Part shown: one piece after another, positions 18,105 to 27,910 of the stretch
Numbering within the stretch: position 1 is the first letter of the stretch
Layout of the letters: every line of letters begins with the position of its first letter
NCBI GenBank assembly: GCA_964011795.1
Contig: CAXGQC010000002.1
Coordinates: 1-50,435 of the forward strand
Source: an uncultured bacterium
GTDB lineage: Bacteria; Chloroflexota; Dehalococcoidia; UBA2979
Reading direction: 5' to 3'
DNA: 50,435 nt
The notes under the pieces: generated by a model
What the model was told of the DNA's origin: nothing
The model's database searches: none
The model's input: only the letters and a program-made list of their open reading frames with translations
Program-made: the position numbers and the translations under genes

Positions 18105-18977
18105 ATGGATGTAGCATTAGTTACCGGTTCAAGCACGGGAATAGGTGAATCAACGGCATTACATCTCGCAAGAAATAATTTCCATGTTTTTGCCACAATG
18201 CGCAATCCGGATGCAGGTACAGCACTACTCGAGGCGGCAAAATCCGAAGGCCTCAGGCTCGAAGTGCTGGCACTCGACGTGAATGATGCCGATTCTTGTT
18301 CTAACTGCGTAGGTGAAATAGTTAATCGTGCGGGTCAAATAGATATTCTGGTAAATAATGCCGGGATAGGTTCCGGAGGGCCTCTTGAAGAGGCATCTAT
18401 GGAGCACATTAGAGACGTCTTCGAAACCAATGTATTTGGGGCTGTACGAATGATGCAACTTGTGCTGCCAGGGATGCGTGAACGTCGGCATGGGACGATC
18501 GTTAATGTGACCTCGGTCGCCGGTCGTGTCGCCAATCCCAATATGTCTACATATTCGGGGAGTAAGTTTGCGCTTGATGTGATGACGGAATCGCTTGCTG
18601 CAGAGGTAGTTCGCTTTGGGATTCGTGTGGCACTTATCGAACCTGGTGTCATCCAAACTCCTATTTTTAGTAAAGGAAATAATCCGCCCAACCCGGAGTC
18701 TCCCTACAGTGAATTTGTGGAGCGGGCTGGTCACTGGTTTGGAGTGCGTTTGGAGAAGCCAACATATCCGCAGGAGGTTGCAGAATTAATTGAACATGCG
18801 ATTGTGACTGATGAACCAAAACTAAGATACCTCGTCGGCCCTGACGCTTTTTCTATGGTCCAGGCCCGTTCCGAACTCACTGACGAGGAGTGGCTTGATA
18901 CGGGGCGAGAAATGAGCCTTGAAGAATATGTTCAGTTACTAAGTGATCGGGGCATATCTTCCTATTTGGACGAATAG
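18105..18977 (+). CDS. SDR family oxidoreductase
   Basis: ALVTGSSTGIGE (TGxxxGxG), NNAG and YSGSKFAL (YxxxK). Confidence 0.9.
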   Translation: MDVALVTGSSTGIGESTALHLARNNFHVFATMRNPDAGTALLEAAKSEGLRLEVLALDVNDADSCSNCVGEIVNRAGQIDILVNNAGIGSGGPLEEASMEHIRDVFETNVFGAVRMMQLVLPGMRERRHGTIVNVTSVAGRVANPNMSTYSGSKFALDVMTESLAAEVVRFGIRVALIEPGVIQTPIFSKGNNPPNPESPYSEFVERAGHWFGVRLEKPTYPQEVAELIEHAIVTDEPKLRYLVGPDAFSMVQARSELTDEEWLDTGREMSLEEYVQLLSDRGISSYLDE

Positions 18978-18980
18978 TCG

Positions 18981-21791
18981 CTAGGCAGTCTCCTTGGACA
19001 AAGTTGGTGCCATAAACCAGAGAATGGATGGAAGTACAAGCAGGGAAGCTGCAGCGGCGAAGATTATCATTACTGCTGTGAGTATTCCGAATGTGGCGAA
19101 TAAAGGCATCGGTGCGAATGCCATAATTGCAAATCCAATCGCACTCGAAACTGCAGAGCCAAGAAGAGCGACCCCTGTAGTTTGACCTGAATTGATAAGA
19201 GCCTGACGACGCTCAACGCCTAATTGAATATCTTCACGGAATCTCATCGTGAAATGGATAGCGTAGTCAATACCGATACCAATTGATATCGCGCCCACCG
19301 TGGATGTCACCATATTGAGCTGGTATCCGAAGAAGTACATAAAGGCGTAGAGCCACGCTGCAACCATGACTATTGGAACGACACAGGCTACCGAATATCG
19401 TAACGATCGCATGAAGAATAACGCTACTAAGAAGCAAAGAAGTAGTGCTACCGGAAAAGAGCGAAGTAGTGTTTGGAGACTCGCATCTAATGTAGCTTGT
19501 CTAGTGAATGGAGGCCCAGTAAGTTTCGCCGTTGCATCATTTTGGTTTACCTGTAATTGTCGTTCGATGTCGGCTAGACGAGGCTCAAGATCTTCCTGAA
19601 TCAACTGAATGTTTTTTACATCCCGTGTGTCTGGGAATTGCAAAGCAATGTAGGTTGCGATCGTGTCGGAGGTGATATCTCTCCATACGATCTGCCTGAC
19701 CAGTTCGGGGCTATATTCCTGCACTCCATCTTGATTGTTTACTCCGTTGACTAGTGCGTGATCGATTGCAGCGTTTACCTGTGATTTTGAATCCGGTAAT
19801 TGGTTATTGTCTTCATCGGAAAAGATAAATCCTGACGATCGACCGATTGATTCGGATTCAGATTTTGTTGCGAGTTGTAGAGACAGCATATCCAGCAAAC
19901 TTCGTGACCGGACGATGTCCCCATCAGCGGTCCTTGCATATAGGTCTGAACCCTCCCGATCAAGATCATCTATACCTGTTTTTATGGTACGAAGTGCATC
20001 TGGTTGAGATAGATCCCCCTGGAAATATAGGTAACCCGGCTCGCCTCCTCGTTGGCCAATATGTTCGTCTAATTTATCGATGCCAATTACCACTTCACTA
20101 TCCGGATCGAAGAAGTCGGAGATATCGAACGCGGCCTTGAGGTTCAGAGCGGCTGCAATGGATCCAACCGTTATTAACACAGCCAACGGCAGCACTAGGA
20201 GTCGTCGATCAGCGAGCGCTACGATCAGTCTGCCCAGATATATTTCCAGTCTTGGTTGACGAGGTGCAGATATTAAGAGACTGTCCGTATCGGCATCAGT
20301 ATTTGCTCGATTTGACCTGGCTCTTCTGACAATGAGAGACGGAATGAAGAGAAATATAACGCTGTGCAACAATAGGATGGCAACCCCGATTTGTGGCATG
20401 ACAATTAGTAAGAGGACAGCTGCTCCCGCCGATAGCGAAGAAAGCAAGGAGGCGATTCCTCTGATCCATAAAGCAGGACTTGAATGGGCTGCAGAGTCAG
20501 ATTGGAATTCTTCAAGCTTTGTGATGAGAAGTGGAACAGCAATCCCGAGAATGATGAACGATACTAAAAGAGCAATGGCTGCAGCAATCCCGAACTGAAC
20601 AATAATCGGGATTTGTGCCGTGGTATTTGCCAGAAATGCTGCTGCATCACTAAGGAAGGCAAGCAGTAATGCCGCAAATACAGCACTGAGCCCAACAATG
20701 AAAGCTCTTTTGAAATTTTTGTGAGTCCGTTTCATCGATTGATACCGACCAATGGCGTGGAACGCTGAATCAACTCCAAACGAAATCATAGCGATTGGAA
20801 CAATAAAGTCATTTAGCAATGAACTTTCGAGGCCAATTAAATTGGAAATGCCTTTTAACCAAATAATGAGAATACCGATACCAACCGAAACCGTGGTCAC
20901 CGCCCAATATGATCGTAGGAAGATACCTACAATGAGCAGCACAACTACGATCGTGAGAGCAATGTACGGGGCGGCACTTTCTCCTTGTTCAATTGATTGC
21001 AGGTTTACGTCAATACCTATGCCCCATACCGAGAATTCCGTCTGGTCGCCCCGCAGGATGTTCTGAATGTCTCGACTGTATTCTTCTTTTGTAAAATCAT
21101 CAGTACCAAAGGGGACAATTATCGGTCCGCCACCAAGTGCCTCATTATCTGCTTCAACTGTCACTATCAATGCAGGAGCTATCCAGGCATTGAGTTCTTG
21201 ATCGTCAACCGTTGTGGCGGTCTGTTTACTGTTGATCGAGAGAGTATTGACGAGTGCACGAGTGGGGGAATCTTTTGCCAAAACTTGTGTTACGGCCCGT
21301 CGAACTTCGGACTCACTGGATTCGGATATTGACTGTCCAAGATTTATTTGTAAATTCTGTTCGACTGCATCCGCTACTGTATACAGCCCCATTGTTTCCG
21401 TCTTGGTATCCGGATTGAATTTCCACTTGAGTTTCCCCCCCTGCGGTGACTGCTTGAGGTCGTGGGTGACCTTGATTAGCTCGTTCAGCGATTGCTTAGT
21501 CAGAATATTTCCGTCGTTTGACTCGATGATAAATCCGATGAAAAATGTGTCACCGGGGAAACGATCGTCGATCAGAGCCTGAGTATCGAATACTTCGGCC
21601 GGTGGATCCGCTGATGCTGTACTAGTTGGCTGCATTGTCAGGGCAGGAATTAAAAGTATGGCTGTGATCACTAGGATTGCGGAGAGGCTCAGCAAGCTTC
21701 GTGCATATACTTTTTCGAATACCCGTACCAAGCTACATCTCCCCACAGAACAGCGCTTCTTAAAAACTCCTGAGTGAAACTTCCTTTTCAA
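18981..21791 (-). CDS. MMPL/RND-superfamily transporter
   Basis: 936-aa ORF with two blocks of about 5-6 TM helices, each preceded by a large soluble domain. This duplicated architecture is typical of MMPL/HpnN-like RND permeases. The exact start (TTG 21791) is uncertain. Confidence 0.7.
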   Translation of the reverse strand: MKRKFHSGVFKKRCSVGRCSLVRVFEKVYARSLLSLSAILVITAILLIPALTMQPTSTASADPPAEVFDTQALIDDRFPGDTFFIGFIIESNDGNILTKQSLNELIKVTHDLKQSPQGGKLKWKFNPDTKTETMGLYTVADAVEQNLQINLGQSISESSESEVRRAVTQVLAKDSPTRALVNTLSINSKQTATTVDDQELNAWIAPALIVTVEADNEALGGGPIIVPFGTDDFTKEEYSRDIQNILRGDQTEFSVWGIGIDVNLQSIEQGESAAPYIALTIVVVLLIVGIFLRSYWAVTTVSVGIGILIIWLKGISNLIGLESSLLNDFIVPIAMISFGVDSAFHAIGRYQSMKRTHKNFKRAFIVGLSAVFAALLLAFLSDAAAFLANTTAQIPIIVQFGIAAAIALLVSFIILGIAVPLLITKLEEFQSDSAAHSSPALWIRGIASLLSSLSAGAAVLLLIVMPQIGVAILLLHSVIFLFIPSLIVRRARSNRANTDADTDSLLISAPRQPRLEIYLGRLIVALADRRLLVLPLAVLITVGSIAAALNLKAAFDISDFFDPDSEVVIGIDKLDEHIGQRGGEPGYLYFQGDLSQPDALRTIKTGIDDLDREGSDLYARTADGDIVRSRSLLDMLSLQLATKSESESIGRSSGFIFSDEDNNQLPDSKSQVNAAIDHALVNGVNNQDGVQEYSPELVRQIVWRDITSDTIATYIALQFPDTRDVKNIQLIQEDLEPRLADIERQLQVNQNDATAKLTGPPFTRQATLDASLQTLLRSFPVALLLCFLVALFFMRSLRYSVACVVPIVMVAAWLYAFMYFFGYQLNMVTSTVGAISIGIGIDYAIHFTMRFREDIQLGVERRQALINSGQTTGVALLGSAVSSAIGFAIMAFAPMPLFATFGILTAVMIIFAAAASLLVLPSILWFMAPTLSKETA

Positions 21792-21867
21792 CTCTAGATG
21801 CGTAATTGTTTAAAGTCTGTTAATACATGCAGCCACGGGCTAGACTCGAATGGGGGAAATAATCTTA

Positions 21868-22854
21868 ATGAAAGCTGTAACCTGTCATTCGACCGAAGGT
21901 ATCGATTCCTTGGCTTTGCTGGATGTTCCATCGCCTCTGGTCAACGAGTCTCAGGTCCGAGTATTGACCGAGGCGGCCTCTGTAAATTTCGCGGATATAT
22001 TACTGACTCAGGGCAAGTATCAGGAGAAACCTCAATATCCATTCTCCCCAGGCCTTGAGGTAGCAGGTGTCGTTACCGAAGTGGCTGCCAATGTTGATGA
22101 GTCTCTCGTGGGAAAGCGCATTATGGCCCCACTTCGATACGGCGGTTTTGCCGAAGAAGTGATTGTTCCGGCAATCGACCTTGTGGCGATACCTGATGAT
22201 ATGCCTGCGGCGGTAGCTTGTACTATCCCGATCGCCTACGGCACGTCATATCTGGCCCTCGCCGATCGAGCTCGCCTCGCAAGCGGTGAAACGGTACTTG
22301 TTCTTGGAGCTTCGGGTGGAGTTGGATTAACTGCAGTGGAAATTGCTCATGCCTCAGGTGCGAGAGTAATTGCCGCAGCCAGCTCGCAAGAAAAATTAGA
22401 CATCGCTCGCTCATATGGAGCCAATCACCTAATAAATTATTCGACTCACAGTATCCGCGCCGAGGTGGAGCATAGTGTTGGCGGTGTTGATGTGGTGTTT
22501 GATCCGGTCGGCGGTGACGCTTTTGAAGAATCTATGCATTGTGTGAATCCTGGTGCTCGAATCTTAATTATTGGTTTTGCAAGTGGGGAAATCCCCGAAA
22601 TTAAAGCGAATCACTTATTGGTGAAAGACGTGGCTGCTATGGGTTTTAGTGTTGGTAAAATCCGCGAACAGTCCCCCGAGCGTATGCAAGAAGGTTTGCA
22701 ACAGATCATTGAATGGTGGCGCGAGGATAAAATTCATCCGTATATTTCCGACCAATTCCCTTTAGAGGATTACAGGGAGGCGTTGGAACTTATCCGCGAC
22801 CGTAAAGCCACCGGGAAGATCGTATTAAATATATCTAACAAGGATTCTCGATAG
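21868..22854 (+). CDS. NADPH:quinone oxidoreductase family (MDR) protein
   Basis: MKAV..., NFADILLTQGKYQ, PFSPGLEVAGVV and LVLGASGGVGLTAVEIA are present. ATG 21868 follows GGGGGAA, and the alternative start is ATG 21850. Confidence 0.85.
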   Translation: MKAVTCHSTEGIDSLALLDVPSPLVNESQVRVLTEAASVNFADILLTQGKYQEKPQYPFSPGLEVAGVVTEVAANVDESLVGKRIMAPLRYGGFAEEVIVPAIDLVAIPDDMPAAVACTIPIAYGTSYLALADRARLASGETVLVLGASGGVGLTAVEIAHASGARVIAAASSQEKLDIARSYGANHLINYSTHSIRAEVEHSVGGVDVVFDPVGGDAFEESMHCVNPGARILIIGFASGEIPEIKANHLLVKDVAAMGFSVGKIREQSPERMQEGLQQIIEWWREDKIHPYISDQFPLEDYREALELIRDRKATGKIVLNISNKDSR

Positions 22855-22893
22855 TCTGTCTCGTTGCAGACGACTGATGTACCGTTGACCACA

Positions 22894-24192
22894 ATGTCTA
22901 TTGCAAAAAAATTAAATAATATGTACTACGGCTGGTTTATTGTGATCGGTCTTGCACTGGTGACTTTTCTTGATTTTGGTGCTCGTGCGTCGTTCGGTGT
23001 CTACGTTCATGAATGGGAAAAAGAATTTGAAACTTCGGTGGGTAGCATTTCTGCTGCCGCATCAATAGGTCTCGTAATCGGTGGACTATCATCGCCAATT
23101 TATGGAGGATTAATCGACCGGTATGGTGGGAGGGTGGTTCTGTTATTCGGAGCCACTTTGACCGGAATTGGTTACATTCTTCTGTCGTTTATTCCGAGCG
23201 TGTTATTTCTTGCTGTCGTTTGGGGTTGTGTCATCGCTTTAGCTACTGGGGGGATCTCGGTAGGGATGACGACAGTCACTGTTGCGCGTTGGTTCAGTAG
23301 ATACCGCGGTATGGCGATGTCTTTCATACTGAGTGGAGCTGCGCTCGGTGGGTTGTTGCTAGTGCCCTTTTCGTCATATCTAGTAGAGATCGTCGGCTGG
23401 CGAATGACCGTAACCGTGTTTGCCTTGGGTTTCCTGATAGTCGGTGTGCCGGTTATCTGGAGCCTTGTCAGGAATTCTCCTGAGGAAATTGGATTAGAGA
23501 AAGATGGCCTATCTACTGATCCTAATCAAGAAGGCACTGTAGTTGAGACCACCTCACCTTTGGAAGTTAGTCATTGGAGAGAGGCTCTGAAGAGCTTGCC
23601 AATATGGAAAATATCCATGGCGTATGTGGTTTGTGGGGTGAGTACCTCGATTATCTCAGTACATTATGTTCGATGGGCCATATCTGAGGGCATATCTTCC
23701 ACTCAAGGGGCAATGGCCTTCGGGTTACTTGCAGGCGTGAATGGAACTGCTCTTCTCTTTGTGGGTTGGTTATCCGACCGAATGGAACGGAGACTTTTAC
23801 TAGGTACGGTATATGGAATTAGGGCGTTGGGATTTTTGTGTCTGGTAATTCTTCCTCCTACTTGGGGCCTCTGGGCTTTTGCCGTGATCGGTGGTGGTTC
23901 ATGGCTCTCGAGTGTCCCACTCACTACTAGTTTGACTGCTGACATCTATGGTTTGAAACAAGTCGGGACCCTGACCGGACTTGCCAACTGTGCGCATGCG
24001 TTAGGTGGTGCCGCCTGTGTGTGGATAGCCGGAACGCTATTCGATGAAATTGGGACCTATGATTTCACGTTTATGGGAGTTGTTGTGGCACTAATTGCAG
24101 CCATGCTTATTTCATGGTCGGTTCAGGAGAAGAAATTATCTGTAAGATATCAGACGAGTCAATTGGAGACCGGCGGTGCTACAGCTAGTTAA
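22894..24192 (+). CDS. MFS transporter (oxalate/formate antiporter-like)
   Basis: Polytopic ~430-aa ORF with GGLIDRYGGR and LSDRMERR loop motifs. The start is either ATG 22894 or TTG 22864. Confidence 0.8.
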   Translation: MSIAKKLNNMYYGWFIVIGLALVTFLDFGARASFGVYVHEWEKEFETSVGSISAAASIGLVIGGLSSPIYGGLIDRYGGRVVLLFGATLTGIGYILLSFIPSVLFLAVVWGCVIALATGGISVGMTTVTVARWFSRYRGMAMSFILSGAALGGLLLVPFSSYLVEIVGWRMTVTVFALGFLIVGVPVIWSLVRNSPEEIGLEKDGLSTDPNQEGTVVETTSPLEVSHWREALKSLPIWKISMAYVVCGVSTSIISVHYVRWAISEGISSTQGAMAFGLLAGVNGTALLFVGWLSDRMERRLLLGTVYGIRALGFLCLVILPPTWGLWAFAVIGGGSWLSSVPLTTSLTADIYGLKQVGTLTGLANCAHALGGAACVWIAGTLFDEIGTYDFTFMGVVVALIAAMLISWSVQEKKLSVRYQTSQLETGGATAS

Positions 24193-24385
24193 GTTTCAGC
24201 TTCATCATGATGGTCCAGTTGATCCTGTGTTGCTTGGCTGGATACGTGAAGTCCTCGATGGATTTTTAGGGTCTGGCGTGGCATTAATTCTTGGCGTGGG
24301 AGTGATTACTGTTCTTAGTGCAGCTTTACTTATTTTCGTAGGTCGACGCGTCAGATATTCAAATCATTCCCAGTAGTTGCAATGA

Positions 24386-25249
24386 CTAGATTTCATGATA
24401 TCTGTGAGTCATAGCTTCTGGTTCGAGTGTGATCGTTCGGTAACCACAGGAACCAACGATAGGATAGCCAACTGCTCCCGTGGCAATTAGTTTCAGATTC
24501 TTATATTCAGCCTCTCTGTTGTGATGGAGGTGCCCGGCGAGCATGAGTGAGACTCGGGATTCCTCTAAGAGATTCATTAAGTCTTTCCTATGTGTGGGCT
24601 TGAGCTGTCCGTATCCGCCATCATCTAAGGGGTCCTCTAGGAAAAGAGGCTTATGCATAAAGGCGCAGATGCTATGAGCGTTTTTAGCTTCTTGCGAATT
24701 CAGAGTATCCTTCAAAAATTCCATTTGTGTCTCATATTCATTACCAAGTAGGTCACTGGAGTCAAAGATTTCAGAATTCAGCCCTACAAATAAAGCCTCG
24801 CCTGCTACGAAAGAGTAATAATCAGCACCGAAGACACTCCTATATTCCTGTAGTGCTTCAGGCGAAGCGTTATAGAAATCAGGACAGAGGTCATGATTGC
24901 CTGGAACCAGCCGAAGTGGGATGTCATCGTTTAACTGTTCGGATATTTCGAGCAGTGCGGTTCGTTGATCTAGTTGATCAAGATTATTGATTAAATCCCC
25001 ACATACCATGACAAAAGCGGGTTTGGTTTCGTTGGCTATCTTCAACACGTTTGAATAATTTTCGCTCTCGATAGCCATGTCGATAACGTTCTCAGGGTAG
25101 GGATTCGAAGACTCACCTTTTTTCACGAATCCGTTATCGATCCAGCGCTGCTGACGAGTTGCTTGAGTTTCTGGATTTTCCTTAGCCTGATGACTCATCC
25201 ATCGCCTCATCCCAAACTGCGTATCGGCGAGTTGCATAAATTCAACCAT
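24386..25249 (-). CDS. metallophosphoesterase (calcineurin-like)
   Basis: LADTQFG, VCGDLIN, GNHD and GHLHHN metal-binding motifs occur in order. ATG 25249 is preceded by AAGGAGTGTGGAGATT, and the longer ORF to 25318 is unlikely. Confidence 0.85.
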   Translation of the reverse strand: MVEFMQLADTQFGMRRWMSHQAKENPETQATRQQRWIDNGFVKKGESSNPYPENVIDMAIESENYSNVLKIANETKPAFVMVCGDLINNLDQLDQRTALLEISEQLNDDIPLRLVPGNHDLCPDFYNASPEALQEYRSVFGADYYSFVAGEALFVGLNSEIFDSSDLLGNEYETQMEFLKDTLNSQEAKNAHSICAFMHKPLFLEDPLDDGGYGQLKPTHRKDLMNLLEESRVSLMLAGHLHHNREAEYKNLKLIATGAVGYPIVGSCGYRTITLEPEAMTHRYHEI

Positions 25250-25442
25250 AATCTCCACACTCCTTTTGAGTTGCCTGTCGGTCCGAGAATAACCCGAATC
25301 CAATATGTTGATCGCCAAATGCGACTAACTAAGTGTTAGGAATGGATAATTTCACCGGATGTTTGGAGCTTTAATTTGCTAGTCAGTGCTGGTACCTGAG
25401 CCCTGAATCGAGTTAGTCTGTCGAAACTGATTGGAGTTCTAC

Positions 25443-26261
25443 ATGAATGGTGTTGAGATAAAAGAAACACTTGGATCCGGAGGTCGAGTATTCGGTTGCA
25501 TGCTCTCCGCAATGGGTGTTACTCGTTTTCGTTCTGCTTTAGCTGGATCGACAATGGATTTTGTAGTGATTGATAGCGAACATGGCTCTCGAGATCGGAA
25601 GGAGATCCAAGAGCTTTGTACTATGCTGCGTGACGCTGGTATTGCACCGATTGTGCGAGTTCCGATTCCTTTATCGCACTGGGTTGCGATGGCACTCGAT
25701 GCTGGTGCTGCTGGCGTACTCGTGCCGTACTGTGAGACAGTTGAAGAGGTGCGTGAGTGTGTGGCTACTGCCAAATTTCATCCACTGAAGGGTGAGTACC
25801 TGACGAGGGCCATCACGACAGGGGAATTTCCCAGTGAGAAAACAAAGCAATACCTCGAGAAGCGTCATGAAGACAGTATCGTCATTATCGGGATTGAAAG
25901 TGAACCAGCCTATGAACGCTTAGAAAGCATTCTGGATGTTGGTTTGATCGACGGTATTTTTGTCGGGCCAAATGATATGACTACTTCACTTGGTATTCCT
26001 GACGAAGTTACCAATGAAACCTATTTGGATGTGCTCCGAGGAGTTATCGATACGTCAGAGAAGTATGGGGTGCCGGTGATGATCCATCAGCAGACTATTG
26101 ATACCTCCAAAACTGCGATTGAGTTGGGTGCTCGTTTTGTAATGCACAGCTCTGACGCGCGACTTATGCAGGATGCGATGCGTAAAGATTTTGCAGAGCT
26201 GCGATCTGCAGCTGGAGCCGCGTCGGCTGAGCAGTCTGAAGACACAATCGAGACGGTATAG
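25443..26261 (+). CDS. HpcH/HpaI-family 2-keto-3-deoxy-acid aldolase
   Basis: FVVIDSEHG, VRVP, GIESEPA and FVGPNDM motifs. ATG 25443 lies 6 nt after GGAG. Confidence 0.85.
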   Translation: MNGVEIKETLGSGGRVFGCMLSAMGVTRFRSALAGSTMDFVVIDSEHGSRDRKEIQELCTMLRDAGIAPIVRVPIPLSHWVAMALDAGAAGVLVPYCETVEEVRECVATAKFHPLKGEYLTRAITTGEFPSEKTKQYLEKRHEDSIVIIGIESEPAYERLESILDVGLIDGIFVGPNDMTTSLGIPDEVTNETYLDVLRGVIDTSEKYGVPVMIHQQTIDTSKTAIELGARFVMHSSDARLMQDAMRKDFAELRSAAGAASAEQSEDTIETV

Positions 26262-26280
26262 ATTACAGGGAGGTGCCACA

Positions 26281-27444
26281 ATGGCTGCACCTATAGTGAC
26301 CAAGATAGAAGTAACTGAGTTTTCATATGAGGTACAGGATATTACCCCTCACGAGAAGACTCGTATCCCCGTGTATCAGAAGGGTAAGGTCCATAACGCC
26401 GTGGGACGTGTTCTCCAAATATTCACAGATTCTGGAGTGACGGGTGAATATATGGGTGGAAATGCTTCTGAACTTGCGGGAGTTGCGCAGTGCGCGAATG
26501 CGTTGCTTGGTAGAAATGCACTTGCTAGAGAAGCTTTTTACAACGATGCCAAACAGGCGCTCAAACAACAAGCACGTATGGGGATGTCCCAGGTGGATAT
26601 AGCTCTTTGGGATCTTGCGGGTAAATTCCACCAGGCTCCGATATATCAGTTGCTTGGGGAATACCGCACGAAGTTGCCCGCGTATGCAAGCACGATGGTT
26701 GGGGATGACCAGCCTGACGGGCTGAGCTCGCCGGAGGCATACGCGGACTTTGCTGAGCAATGCCTCGACATGGGTTATCCGGCGTACAAGATTCATTGGT
26801 GGCGAGAAAGTTCACTTCGCCGCAGAATCAAATTACTTGAGGAAGTCGCAAAAAGGGTGGGCGGCAAAATGGACCTAATGCTAGATCCAGCGAGTAGTTT
26901 ATTGACTTGGGGTGACGCTCTGCAGGTGGGTAAAGCCTGCGATGAGTATGGGTACTATTGGCTTGAGGATCCGTATCGGGACGGTGGGGTATCTGCCTTC
27001 GGACATAAAAAGTTACGCGAGCTGATTAAGACACCACTTTTGCAAACTGAACACATTCGTGGTCTCGAGCAGCACGTAGATTTCGTCATAGCCGGCGGGA
27101 CTGATTTTTTGCGAATCGATCCTGATTACGATGGCGGTATTACAGGAGTCATGAAGATCGCACACGCTGCGGAAGGCTTTGGACTGGATGCCGAACCTCA
27201 TTCACCGGGACCATCACGGCGACATGTGATGGCTGCAGTTCGGAACTGTAATTACTATGAGATGGGTCTGATTCATCCTCGTGTGAAACGTTCAGCTCCA
27301 CCTGTGTTTCTGGATTACGAGGATGAGATAGATACAATCGATAGTGAGGGATGCGTTGAGCCACCGACTGGGCATGGTCTCGGGGTTACCTTAGATTGGG
27401 AATTTATAAAGGCAAATAAGCTGGGGTCTAAAATTTATGAATGA
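26281..27444 (+). CDS. enolase-superfamily enzyme (acid-sugar dehydratase-like)
   Basis: The real start is ATG 26281 (GGGAGG upstream), and the ORF 26173.. overlaps the aldolase. DIALWDLAGK, YKIHWW, MLDPASS and YWLEDP are present. Confidence 0.85.
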   Translation: MAAPIVTKIEVTEFSYEVQDITPHEKTRIPVYQKGKVHNAVGRVLQIFTDSGVTGEYMGGNASELAGVAQCANALLGRNALAREAFYNDAKQALKQQARMGMSQVDIALWDLAGKFHQAPIYQLLGEYRTKLPAYASTMVGDDQPDGLSSPEAYADFAEQCLDMGYPAYKIHWWRESSLRRRIKLLEEVAKRVGGKMDLMLDPASSLLTWGDALQVGKACDEYGYYWLEDPYRDGGVSAFGHKKLRELIKTPLLQTEHIRGLEQHVDFVIAGGTDFLRIDPDYDGGITGVMKIAHAAEGFGLDAEPHSPGPSRRHVMAAVRNCNYYEMGLIHPRVKRSAPPVFLDYEDEIDTIDSEGCVEPPTGHGLGVTLDWEFIKANKLGSKIYE

Positions 27445-27896
27445 GCCTGTGATTCGATAATCTGTTTGGTCAGTTGCAGATGTCCTAAATGTATGGCCGT
27501 GTGATCCACTGTGTGTAGTAGAGCGTCTCCTATCGATAAAGGCTCTTCCTCCCGCCAACCGTTGTTATTAAGCTCATCATTCGAAATCTCCATGACTCTT
27601 TCTTTAAGCAGAGGCATCCACGAATTCTTGTATGCGACGAGGTCTTCGACGCTACCAACCGCCAGAAATTCTGAATCCCTATCTCGGTCTATTCTGTGCC
27701 CGGTACCAAAAAATAGTCCCCACTGCTCAATACTTCCTAGTACGTGACGTCCGAGTACAAATGGAGTGTTTACCTCAGGGATACCGACGTCTTGATTGAG
27801 TAGCTCTGTCGGGATGTTCCCAAGAGTACTCAGGAGCTCTGTTACGAGCCCGTCGGTCATGGAAATCAGGCGTGACGCCTCATTTTCTGCAGTCAT
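27435..27896 (-). CDS. DinB-family protein
   Basis: 153-aa helical ORF with the C-terminal HTVDHTAIHLGHLQL His motif typical of DinB/DinB_2. Confidence 0.6.
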   Translation of the reverse strand: MTAENEASRLISMTDGLVTELLSTLGNIPTELLNQDVGIPEVNTPFVLGRHVLGSIEQWGLFFGTGHRIDRDRDSEFLAVGSVEDLVAYKNSWMPLLKERVMEISNDELNNNGWREEEPLSIGDALLHTVDHTAIHLGHLQLTKQIIESQAHS

Positions 27897-27910
27897 GCTC
27901 TTGCTTGTGA

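Noticed and set aside
24176-24376. 66-aa ORF overlapping the end of the MFS gene
   Set aside because: It has a single hydrophobic stretch, a GTG start buried in the MFS coding sequence with no SD, and no recognisable family. It is most likely a chance ORF in the convergent spacer.
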